Made by a program: the position numbers and the translations under genes
Part shown: positions 49,628-57,367 of the stretch, in pieces
Layout of the letters: every line of letters begins with the position of its first letter
How positions within the stretch are numbered: position 1 is the first letter of the stretch
The notes under the pieces: model-generated
What the model saw: the letters and a program-made list of their open reading frames with translations, nothing else
Database searches by the model: none
What the model was told of the DNA's origin: nothing
Source: a virus
Length of the DNA: 64,000 nucleotides
Virus record (IMG/VR): IMGVR_UViG_3300044846_001970
Coordinates: 20,511 to 84,510 of that record
Strand: one strand, 5' to 3'

Positions 49628-49714
49628 ATTATAATATACTAAATATTATTTACTTATACAAATCTAAGGATATAACCTGATGACGGGGGGCCTTGAGTAA
49701 GGCTATAACCTTAA

Positions 49715-50347
49715 TTATTCGTTATCATAAAACATTCTTTCTGAATCTTCTGTTTGCCACTTTTCATATCCTTCACAGTTATACCATTCATTACATACTA
49801 AGTAATCTGGTTTTTCTGGGAAAGCTTTAGTTACAAAGCTAGGCTCAGACCATTTAATCCTGTTGTTAGGTTGTAAAGCTATTTGACCATTCTCAAGTAA
49901 AATGATATGATGAGACTTATGTTCCTTTGGATCTTCAGCTAATGTAAGATCTGTGTTCATGTCATTTGACCCCCAGTTGATAGTACCATGGTAATTACCT
50001 TTATAAAATTTATGGTCTTTCATATATACTTCTACAGGAGTATCATATAGGTAAGACAAACTTATAACAGTAAAGTTGTAAGAGAAACAATTCCATAACT
50101 GTAAAAAATGAAACGGTAGATCTGGATCTGGTGTTTCTGGTTCAGTCAATAAAGCATGACTTGGTAATTTATCTCTAAGGGCACCATTCTCTAATAGTAC
50201 CTGGAACAATGCTGCCTGACCCGGCATACATCTTACTGATATTATTATACCAGGAGTAAACTCTCCTTGACCTTTAGTATGTTGGTACATGTATTCATTT
50301 CTTACAAATACTTTAAGAGGAAAGAAGTTATGTTCTATATGTGCCAT
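49715..50347 (-). CDS. Conserved phage hypothetical protein
   Basis: VRNEY...LQLWNCFSY...EHKSHH...QPNNRI; first gene of the minus arm. Confidence 0.7.
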   Translation of the reverse strand: MAHIEHNFFPLKVFVRNEYMYQHTKGQGEFTPGIIISVRCMPGQAALFQVLLENGALRDKLPSHALLTEPETPDPDLPFHFLQLWNCFSYNFTVISLSYLYDTPVEVYMKDHKFYKGNYHGTINWGSNDMNTDLTLAEDPKEHKSHHIILLENGQIALQPNNRIKWSEPSFVTKAFPEKPDYLVCNEWYNCEGYEKWQTEDSERMFYDNE

Positions 50348-50981
50348 AATAAATAGTTTATGTCACAAAAATACAAATAATTGTGACACCATAATGTGTA
50401 ATATAGTTTACAAAACTATATGTTTTTGTAACTTATATGTTACATTATAGTGGAAAATTTCCATCACTAAACTGGTTATATTCCGGTTATGGTGGAAAAT
50501 TCTTACAAGAACACCTATATATAAAACTAAAGGTAGGTGCTTTTCCCCGGGGGTATATTTAACCAAAGCTGTACCCCCCCCTTATGTCAAGTTTATTGCA
50601 CCAAAAACTGGACAAAGTTATATGGTTTTTTAGTATGTGATAGAAGGATGGTAAAATGGTTTTTTAGTATATGAGATCATGTAGTTGGTCTTACTACAGC
50701 AGCCCCCACCCCACGCCAGCCAGGGGTGTACCCCCCATAGATATAATACAACTCTTTACTAATGATAAAGTATTTTATAAAATATATTCTACTAGAAAGA
50801 ATAATGTATGTTATGTATAGATATGATATGATATGTATGATGTATGTATATATATAGTATATATAATAGAAGATGAATGCTAGGTGTTGTGCTGGGTGTG
50901 ATGTATGATGACACACACACAACAACAACAACAAGATATATTAATACAACTTTATACTATTAATAATAAATATAAAACTAA

Positions 50982-51140
50982 ATGATTATGAAAGAATTAA
51001 TTAAGATTGCTATGACTATGTCTAGTATACTATGTGTGTATGTATTAGCTAGTGATGCTAATGATACCATAATGATTGCTACAGGATTTGCACTCATCAT
51101 GAGTCTTGGTATATATGTATTAGCACTTACTGATAAGTAG
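50982..51140 (+). CDS. Small two-TM membrane protein
   Basis: Manual translation, 52 aa MIMKELIKIA...NDTIMIATGFALIMSLGIYVLALTDK; similar to 54310..54507. Confidence 0.65.
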   Translation: MIMKELIKIAMTMSSILCVYVLASDANDTIMIATGFALIMSLGIYVLALTDK

Positions 51141-51203
51141 GTGTTAATGCTATATATAATACAGCTTTATACTATTATTAATATATATATAAAACAATTT
51201 ACT

Positions 51204-51398
51204 ATGAAACAAATTAGAATACTACACTACATTACATCAGGAATTATATTGCTTATGATTTTTGAAGGATTATTTACTATGGGCCAAGCATTTAAGTTTG
51301 ATACTTATAATTGGTTTGGATGGTTTACTCAAATAATATTCATACTGTTTACTGTATTAACAGCTATGAGAATTGCTAATGACGCAGAAGGGAAGTGA
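51204..51398 (+). CDS. Small membrane protein
   Basis: MKQIRIL start downstream of motif copy 3; two TM segments. Confidence 0.65.
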   Translation: MKQIRILHYITSGIILLMIFEGLFTMGQAFKFDTYNWFGWFTQIIFILFTVLTAMRIANDAEGK

Positions 51399-51406
51399 TT
51401 CCCTTT
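51387..51406 (+). terminator. Hairpin terminator
   Basis: gaagggaa-gtga-ttcccttt. Confidence 0.55.
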
Positions 51407-51452
51407 ATATTAATACAGCTTTTAACTAATAATAATATATAAACTAAAACAA

Positions 51453-51698
51453 ATGAAAAGAAATGTAAAATTAATTATTGCCGCATACTTTGTAGCAATA
51501 ACATGTGTTGCTATGCTTGCAACATCTTGTAGTACATCAAGTCATGCATGTGATGCTTATGGCAAAGTTAAGTGGGAGAACAGCATTGATAACCCTGAGA
51601 ATGAGGAGTTTGTTGTAGAAGTTGCCTTCAATGAAGGATGTACTATAGAACAAGTGACTCAAGAACAGTTTGATGCAAGATACTCTGAAGGGTATTAA
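51453..51698 (+). CDS. Small lipoprotein
   Basis: LATSC lipobox, HACDAYG; paralog of 54509..54754. Confidence 0.75.
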   Translation: MKRNVKLIIAAYFVAITCVAMLATSCSTSSHACDAYGKVKWENSIDNPENEEFVVEVAFNEGCTIEQVTQEQFDARYSEGY

Positions 51699-51701
51699 TA
51701 T

Positions 51702-51730
51702 AAGTAGAGCTTAGGCTCTACTTTATTTTA
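51702..51730 (+). terminator. Hairpin terminator
   Basis: aagtagagc-ttag-gctctactt then T-rich. Confidence 0.7.
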
Positions 51731-51751
51731 TTAATACAGCTTTTGACTAAT

Positions 51752-51856
51752 TTTGATGAATACTATATGAGTTAACTCCAATAATAGAGATCATCTGAGC
51801 CAAGTAAGTTGATTGGCAATATAAAAATAAAAGGGTATTCAACAAACCTTTTTTTT
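51752..51856 (+). ncRNA. Candidate structured small RNA
   Basis: ORF-less unit between motif copies; 11/12-bp closing stem 51752-63/51835-46 with internal hairpins; U-run end. Confidence 0.4.
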
Positions 51857-51878
51857 ATTAATACAGCTTTTAACTATT

Positions 51879-52009
51879 ATTGACTAGTAAGTAGACCAAT
51901 TGAAACTTACATATGTACACCAAAAGGTTGGTTCCTTATTTGCTTTGGACCGTAATACCACAAGAGAGTTAGCACTCACCATTAGAGAGGATTCATGTCC
52001 TCTCTTTTT
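51879..52009 (+). ncRNA. Candidate small RNA (or 19-aa peptide gene)
   Basis: Unit with gtaagt/acttac and ccaaa/tttgg stems ending in agagagga/tcctctct terminator. Confidence 0.3.
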
Positions 52010-52052
52010 ATTATATCTAATACAACTTTATACTAATCTTAAAACTTAAACT

Positions 52053-52244
52053 ATGATTGCAAAAATTATCTTTGTATGGTACTTGTTTACAGGTACTATA
52101 ATTCCCACAGAAAAAGTGGATGACAGACAATGCTATTCCGTTTTCTTTGAAGATGGAAAATGTGTAGACTTAGCCTATAAGGGTGAAGTATTAGAATGGA
52201 TTGAGACAGATTCATTTGAGTATGATGAAGACAGAGAGGATTAA
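52053..52244 (+). CDS. Hypothetical protein
   Basis: 63 aa after motif copy 7, followed by a hairpin terminator. Confidence 0.7.
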   Translation: MIAKIIFVWYLFTGTIIPTEKVDDRQCYSVFFEDGKCVDLAYKGEVLEWIETDSFEYDEDRED

Positions 52245-52387
52245 TTTCCTCTTTGTTTTTTTTGTCTCCAGCCTGTGTAACAAGTAGACTTTGGTACTGA
52301 TAATCAGATAGTTAAAAAATTGCTTACGCGTCTTTTTTATACAGCTTTTAACTAATTTTGATTATTAACCTTTAAAATTTATTTATT

Positions 52388-52675
52388 ATGTTTACAAAAA
52401 CACAAACTTTACAAGCATTTGCTAATGCTAACGGAATTACTAAGTTGGACCTTGTTAAGAACCCCAACACAGGTAAAAGATTTGCTACAACCAATACAGG
52501 GCTTACTATGCGCATCTCTGAGAAAGTCTCTTCAGACTTAGACGGAGAATATAGCATCTCTTGGTTTGCACCTGAAGATGGAGAAGCATCTTGGATGTTA
52601 CACCCAACAGGAGTTAGTAATGTACTTGGTACACTTAGCTTTGCACCTGTTGCTAACTTTGAGACAGCAATCTAA
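52388..52675 (+). CDS. Hypothetical protein
   Basis: 95 aa, LVKNPNTGKRF motif; after motif copy 8. Confidence 0.75.
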   Translation: MFTKTQTLQAFANANGITKLDLVKNPNTGKRFATTNTGLTMRISEKVSSDLDGEYSISWFAPEDGEASWMLHPTGVSNVLGTLSFAPVANFETAI

Positions 52676-52680
52676 GCACT

Positions 52681-52713
52681 ATAGCCCACACTTAACTGTG
52701 TGGGTTATTTTTT
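52681..52713 (+). terminator. Intrinsic terminator
   Basis: atagcccacac-ttaact-gtgtgggttat then T-run. Confidence 0.7.
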
Positions 52714-53009
52714 ATTAAAGCTTCGCGTCTTTTTTATACAGCTTTCTACTAATATTGTGCTGTTAATGTAGTGTTATATAGTACCAATAATTGGTATTAC
52801 CAGCACATATTAGTATGCTCAAAAGTATCTTTACAGATATCCTGAAAGCTATAGTGGTAAAGGGTTTGAGAATTAAATAATGTGAGAGAAAGAGTGAGAA
52901 ATTGACTAATAATCTCTCTATGTTTTTATTATAACAAACTTTATAGTTAATTGGGTTAACAGCCTTTACATTAATTTATATAGCTAAATAGCTTAAATAA
53001 CTTTACTAT

Positions 53010-53017
53010 TATCTTTG
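53010..53017 (+). promoter_or_regulatory. Bacteroidota -7 promoter element TAnnTTTG
   Basis: TATCTTTG upstream of the second early operon. Confidence 0.35.
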
Positions 53018-53137
53018 TTATCTCTCTCTATAGTTAGAATAGCATAATTAGTATTTCCCGAATATTTCAGTTTTTTATATATAGCCAATTACAGGGCTTG
53101 GTACTGTTATTATGATTACAATCTTAAATTACAAGTT

Positions 53138-53296
53138 ATGATTTTTAAACTAATTGCAGAAATTATTAAAGATGCTTCTAATGCATCTAACAAAAGATTA
53201 GACAAGAATGCTTATGCTGATTTCTTAAACACTTTATCCCTTGATGACTTAATAGTCCTTAGAGATAGTTATAAGGCAGAAAAGATATTGTCATAG
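53138..53296 (+). CDS. Hypothetical protein
   Basis: Manual translation, 52 aa MIFKLIAEIIKD...; followed by cccgcagga/tcttgcggg hairpin. Confidence 0.55.
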   Translation: MIFKLIAEIIKDASNASNKRLDKNAYADFLNTLSLDDLIVLRDSYKAEKILS

Positions 53297-53359
53297 TACT
53301 TATTCCCGCAGGATTGATTTCTTGCGGGAGTATTTTTAACTTAAACTAAACTTAAACTT

Positions 53360-53590
53360 ATGAAATTAATACAGACATTCTTTATGGGATTAGCTGCTGG
53401 TACACTATTATGTGTTCTTGTAGCTTATATACTAGAATCTAGAAAAGAGCCAGTTCCCAGACTTGCCATTAAATGTGAATATTACTTAGAAGTTTCTGAA
53501 GACTCAATTTGGGTTGAATCTCAGGAAGGTCTAGTATATTCAGGAAAATACACAGATTTAGATAGTCTAATTTGTGAAGATAACAGATAA
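53360..53590 (+). CDS. Hypothetical membrane-anchored protein
   Basis: N-terminal TM. Confidence 0.65.
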   Translation: MKLIQTFFMGLAAGTLLCVLVAYILESRKEPVPRLAIKCEYYLEVSEDSIWVESQEGLVYSGKYTDLDSLICEDNR

Positions 53591-53600
53591 ACTTACACTT

Positions 53601-53894
53601 ATGATTTTAGCCACACTTACACTCAATGATTACACTAACAACATCTCTCAACTAAAAGAATCCCATAAACCTGAAAGAAAGGACTTTTATGGTAAACCAC
53701 ATGAAAAATTTAATTATACAAGAAGAGCTACTAGACCATGGGATAACTGTTGGTTTAGTAATAAACTTGATGTTATTTCTCTTACAGTAGAACAAGCTTG
53801 TATTGCTCACCCTAGTTATATGAAATGGATCTATAAGAACCTTACATATATTAATTGGTCAGTATACAGTATCCGGATTCTTGAAAAACTTTAA
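53601..53894 (+). CDS. Hypothetical protein
   Basis: HPSYMKWIY motif; ATG at 53601 preferred. Confidence 0.6.
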   Translation: MILATLTLNDYTNNISQLKESHKPERKDFYGKPHEKFNYTRRATRPWDNCWFSNKLDVISLTVEQACIAHPSYMKWIYKNLTYINWSVYSIRILEKL

Positions 53895-53974
53895 CAAACT
53901 CAGCCATAGTATGGGTATTCCCTACTAACACATCTAGCGGACTATAGCTGTTTATTAACACTTAAAAATAACTT

Positions 53975-54259
53975 ATGAAAGAATTTAAAGACTTAGAGTT
54001 TGCAAAAACCAATATTGGTAACATAGCAGCTTCATTAATGTTTGAGAATAATTATGGCATCTCTGTTGTTATGGGACCGTATACTAAAGGAGGTTTGTTA
54101 GGCAAATATGAAATTGCTATACTTAAAATGCCTCCAGGAAAAGAATTTAGTGTCATAACATATGATACACCATTAGCTAATGATGTAATTGGTCACCTTT
54201 CTAAAGATGAAGTTGACGAGTATATAGCTAAAATACAAGAATTACCAACAATAGAATAA
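53975..54259 (+). CDS. Conserved phage hypothetical protein
   Basis: FENNYGISVV...YEIAIL...YDTPLANDVIGHL motif. Confidence 0.7.
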   Translation: MKEFKDLEFAKTNIGNIAASLMFENNYGISVVMGPYTKGGLLGKYEIAILKMPPGKEFSVITYDTPLANDVIGHLSKDEVDEYIAKIQELPTIE

Positions 54260-54309
54260 ACCTTAACAGTTGGACGGTGAAACTGTTTATTTATTTATGA
54301 TTTAAAAAT

Positions 54310-54507
54310 ATGATTATGAGAAACAAAAACATTAGCTTATTTATTGGTTGTATAGCACTGATAATGATGATTACCTGTATTTGTGGATTATTCACAGCAG
54401 AAATACAAAATGATAGTATGCTAGCCTTAACAGGTTTTGGCTTATCTACATTACTTGCCGGATTGGCAATATGGGATTATGATAACTTAACTAAAAAACA
54501 AAAGTAA
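54310..54507 (+). CDS. Small two-TM membrane protein
   Basis: Similar to 50982..51140. Confidence 0.65.
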   Translation: MIMRNKNISLFIGCIALIMMITCICGLFTAEIQNDSMLALTGFGLSTLLAGLAIWDYDNLTKKQK

Positions 54508-54508
54508 A

Positions 54509-54754
54509 ATGAAAACAAGAAATGTAAAAGTAACAGTAGGAGTATATTTTCTACTAATAGTAACAGTAGCCCTTATATTAGGAAGTTGTAAGTCTTCAAG
54601 ACATGCAGGTTGTGATGCATATGGTAAAGTTAAATGGGAAGATAATATAAAGAATCCTGAAAATGGAGAGTTTGTTTGTGAAGTAGCTTTTAATGAAGGC
54701 ATTACTGCTGAAGAAGTTACACAAGCACAATTTAATGCAAGATATTTACAATAA
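54509..54754 (+). CDS. Small lipoprotein
   Basis: LGSC lipobox; paralog of 51453..51698. Confidence 0.75.
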   Translation: MKTRNVKVTVGVYFLLIVTVALILGSCKSSRHAGCDAYGKVKWEDNIKNPENGEFVCEVAFNEGITAEEVTQAQFNARYLQ

Positions 54755-55002
54755 TGTTGTTTAGAAAATTAGACAAGTTATACCTACATAAATTAGGTAT
54801 TCTTGAAAAACTAACTCAAACATATCAAGCTGATGCAGATCCAGAAGTAATAGCAATTAGAGCTTCTGATCTGCAAATGGAATTAGCTGAAATAGAAGAA
54901 CAAATTAAGTTTGAAGAAACTATGAAGCCTTTTACCTATATGCTAATATTTTTTGTAATAACTAGCTTATTTATTTTAACAATATCAATCTTAACAAACT
55001 AA
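54754..55002 (+). CDS. Coiled-coil membrane protein
   Basis: C-terminal TM. Confidence 0.6.
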   Translation: MLFRKLDKLYLHKLGILEKLTQTYQADADPEVIAIRASDLQMELAEIEEQIKFEETMKPFTYMLIFFVITSLFILTISILTN

Positions 55003-55005
55003 CCT

Positions 55006-55290
55006 ATGAAAACTTTACTATTAACCCTAATACTATTTGTAAGTGTAAATGTAATTGCATCTGATGATGACATATACAAAGGACTTACAAAACAAGAAAC
55101 AAAATATATTAAACATATTGTAATGATACAAAATGAAAATATTTTGTCTATTACAAGAAATGAAACTAATACATTTTTAGTTGTTTTCCCAACAGCTAAA
55201 TATTTAATGGACTCCGAAGGATATATTACTAATGTATGGATACTAGGTGATGATGATCTTACCTGGGAAGATATGGGACAAGAATTTTAA
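55006..55290 (+). CDS. Secreted hypothetical protein
   Basis: Signal peptide MKTLLLTLILFVSVNVIA. Confidence 0.65.
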   Translation: MKTLLLTLILFVSVNVIASDDDIYKGLTKQETKYIKHIVMIQNENILSITRNETNTFLVVFPTAKYLMDSEGYITNVWILGDDDLTWEDMGQEF

Positions 55291-55305
55291 CTTAAACAAA
55301 TATTT

Positions 55306-55590
55306 ATGGAAGACACTAAATTTGAACTTAAGCTTATCAAAAATGCAAACTTTATGCATGAAATTCTTGATATAACAGATGACAGATGTGGAGAATTAAT
55401 GGAAATTGCTGAAAATGCACATAATTCCAATGAATTATTCACAAATGCATACAAAGAAATAATTGAAAGCTGTAGAAACATTAATGAAGTTGTATTAATA
55501 ATTAACATATTTAACCAAATCCATAAAATCAAAGAAAATGATGATTTAATGGGTTTTTTATCTAATATTATTGGAAATGACAGATACTGA
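55306..55590 (+). CDS. Hypothetical protein
   Basis: ORF in operon. Confidence 0.6.
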   Translation: MEDTKFELKLIKNANFMHEILDITDDRCGELMEIAENAHNSNELFTNAYKEIIESCRNINEVVLIINIFNQIHKIKENDDLMGFLSNIIGNDRY

Positions 55591-55795
55591 TGTAATAAAG
55601 TCTGTCTTAGGGTTTGACCTTAAGGCAGAAATACTAGATAAGGATAATAATCCTATTCTAACAGGTGCTAAAAGTATAATACCTGAAGATTTTGTAGAAC
55701 AAATACAAAATAAAACTGTAGACAGAAAATGGTTTACTAATTATAATCAAGGCTTACTAGATAAAATAGCTGATTATAGAAAATATAACCTATAA
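55571..55795 (+). CDS. Hypothetical protein
   Basis: ORF in operon; hairpin terminator at ~55840-55863. Confidence 0.6.
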   Translation: MEMTDTDVIKSVLGFDLKAEILDKDNNPILTGAKSIIPEDFVEQIQNKTVDRKWFTNYNQGLLDKIADYRKYNL

Positions 55796-55951
55796 ATTTA
55801 AGACAGTGTATTCTTAGAGTATGCTTTTCCAAAAATAACAGGGGAATATAATGTTCCCCTTTTATTGTTTTAGCTATATACTGCAATAATTTATTTTATA
55901 CAAGCAATCATACATGAAATTATCACGTATTTTTACTATAGATATAAAAAC

Positions 55952-56218
55952 ATGCAGTATCAGTTACCAAATGGAAAAGTTATTTATCTCTCTATAGAGC
56001 AATTTCTAGAGATGACTGATCAAGATATCCAGTTTTTAATGTCTATTGACCATGGTGTACATATTGTTGATCCATTTACAGGTTCAGCAGTAGAAAATAC
56101 TTACCAAAAAGAGTTTGATTTCTCATATTTACCTAATGATGAGAATGAAGAGAATGATGCATTTGATGATATTTCATTAGATGACATTATTAATTTAGAG
56201 GATCCCACAGATATATAA
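55952..56218 (+). CDS. Acidic hypothetical protein
   Basis: YQLPNGKVIYLSIE; acidic tail. Confidence 0.65.
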   Translation: MQYQLPNGKVIYLSIEQFLEMTDQDIQFLMSIDHGVHIVDPFTGSAVENTYQKEFDFSYLPNDENEENDAFDDISLDDIINLEDPTDI

Positions 56219-56336
56219 TATATTCTTATTGCAATAAGAATATTTACAACTTATTACTAGTTTGAGTGACTAATAATATAGTATTCTACTCACAAATCAA
56301 TTTATTTATTTATTTATTTATTAAAAAACCAAAATT

Positions 56337-56813
56337 ATGAACGCAAAAGTAAAAGTTGTAGCTAATGCTACAGGAGCAATTGTTACCATTTCAGCAAATA
56401 ATCCAGAATTTGGATTTGTAAGGTTTGAACAAGTACGGTCAGTTATTGATGATAATGGCTTCTTACGTAGAAAGCCTGTTAGTACTTTAGTACATGGAAC
56501 AGTTGAAGAGTTATCTGCAATGGATTTCTTTAATGGACAAGAGTTACCAGGATCTATTATAATCCAAGAATCTCTTGCACCATTTAATGCAAAGACACCA
56601 CAGAGAGATCTTAAAATTGCAGGTGATACAGGAATTGTATGTACTATTGATGGTTCTGCAATTTACCGTAGAACAATATACTCTGCTTCTTCTAGTGCAG
56701 AAGATACATTAGTTAAGCATAATAATATTGAGCAATTGCGTAATGCATATGCTGCTCAAGGTGCAAAAACTAATGCAATTCAACCAAATGCAGATTTCTC
56801 TATTGAGAGCTAA
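56337..56813 (+). CDS. Hypothetical protein (beta-rich, possibly ssDNA-binding)
   Basis: 158 aa followed by a terminator; function guessed from composition only. Confidence 0.5.
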   Translation: MNAKVKVVANATGAIVTISANNPEFGFVRFEQVRSVIDDNGFLRRKPVSTLVHGTVEELSAMDFFNGQELPGSIIIQESLAPFNAKTPQRDLKIAGDTGIVCTIDGSAIYRRTIYSASSSAEDTLVKHNNIEQLRNAYAAQGAKTNAIQPNADFSIES

Positions 56814-56832
56814 GAAAGAATAGGTTTATTAC

Positions 56833-56869
56833 AAAGGGGGTACAAGAAATTGTTACCCCCTTTTTTTTT
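56833..56869 (+). terminator. Intrinsic terminator
   Basis: aaagggggt...accccctttttttt. Confidence 0.7.
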
Positions 56870-56878
56870 AATTTTAAA

Positions 56879-57367
56879 ATGTATATAATGGAAAAGCTAA
56901 GACAAGAATTTAAAAATTATCAGTTTAATAATGAAAAGACCCATATACAATATGAGCAAGATAATTATTCAAACTATCAGAATTATCTTTATAAAAGAGC
57001 TCTTTATGGGCTATCTTCTATTAACCAAGAAGAACTTGATACTATGTGTGGAAAGAAAAAACAAAGAATAATAAATGTATACAAGAGAGCTCAAGTTGTA
57101 TTAAATACTTTTAAGCAAACAGCTACTATAAGCTATACTAATTTTCTATTTAAAACTTTGTTTCCAAATAGTCCAATAACACAATTCTTATTATCTGAGA
57201 CTGAGACTGATGAAAAGTTTAAAAATACTTTAACTTTTAAAGATTTAAACATCTCTAAAGAACAGATTATTAGTATCTTTATGTTAGAAGGTATACTTCC
57301 TAAAAACTTTTTAAGTTTAGAAGTACAACAGAATCAGTTACCAAGACTAAGAAATGATAAAGCTTAA
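56879..57367 (+). CDS. Hypothetical protein
   Basis: YKRALYGL, LTFKDLNI motifs. Confidence 0.65.
   Translation: MYIMEKLRQEFKNYQFNNEKTHIQYEQDNYSNYQNYLYKRALYGLSSINQEELDTMCGKKKQRIINVYKRAQVVLNTFKQTATISYTNFLFKTLFPNSPITQFLLSETETDEKFKNTLTFKDLNISKEQIISIFMLEGILPKNFLSLEVQQNQLPRLRNDKA

Larger units (their letters stand above)
4514..49643 (-). promoter_or_regulatory. Dispersed late-promoter-like motif TTT(A)GTATATT
   Basis: Copies at 4514-4524, 18594-18604, 20657-20666, ~26130-26150 (variant), 34074-34083, 46780-46790, 49633-49643, each shortly upstream of a minus-strand start. Confidence 0.6.
50744..52753 (+). repeat. Nine dispersed copies of a 20-bp motif T(A/T)ATACA(G/A)CTTTnnACTA(A/T)T, putative phage early promoter
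   Basis: Starts at 50744 (one mismatch), 50942, 51157, 51411, 51732, 51859, 52018, 52337, 52734; most directly follow a hairpin. Confidence 0.85.

Noticed and set aside
49677-49711. Hammerhead ribozyme suggested by CTGATGA
   Set aside because: No GAAA core after the putative stem II and no convincing stems I/III.
50677-50934. 85-aa minus-strand ORF at the strand switch
   Set aside because: It is a translation of low-complexity TA/CA repeats (YIYYIYTYII), unlikely to be coding.
50744-52753. CRISPR array interpretation of the 20-bp repeats
   Set aside because: Spacing is 127-397 bp and irregular, the intervals contain genes and terminators, the repeat is degenerate and non-palindromic, and there is no cas operon.
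52760-53130. tRNA genes in the long intergenic region
   Set aside because: No T-loop GTTC motif or acceptor-stem cloverleaf found by eye.
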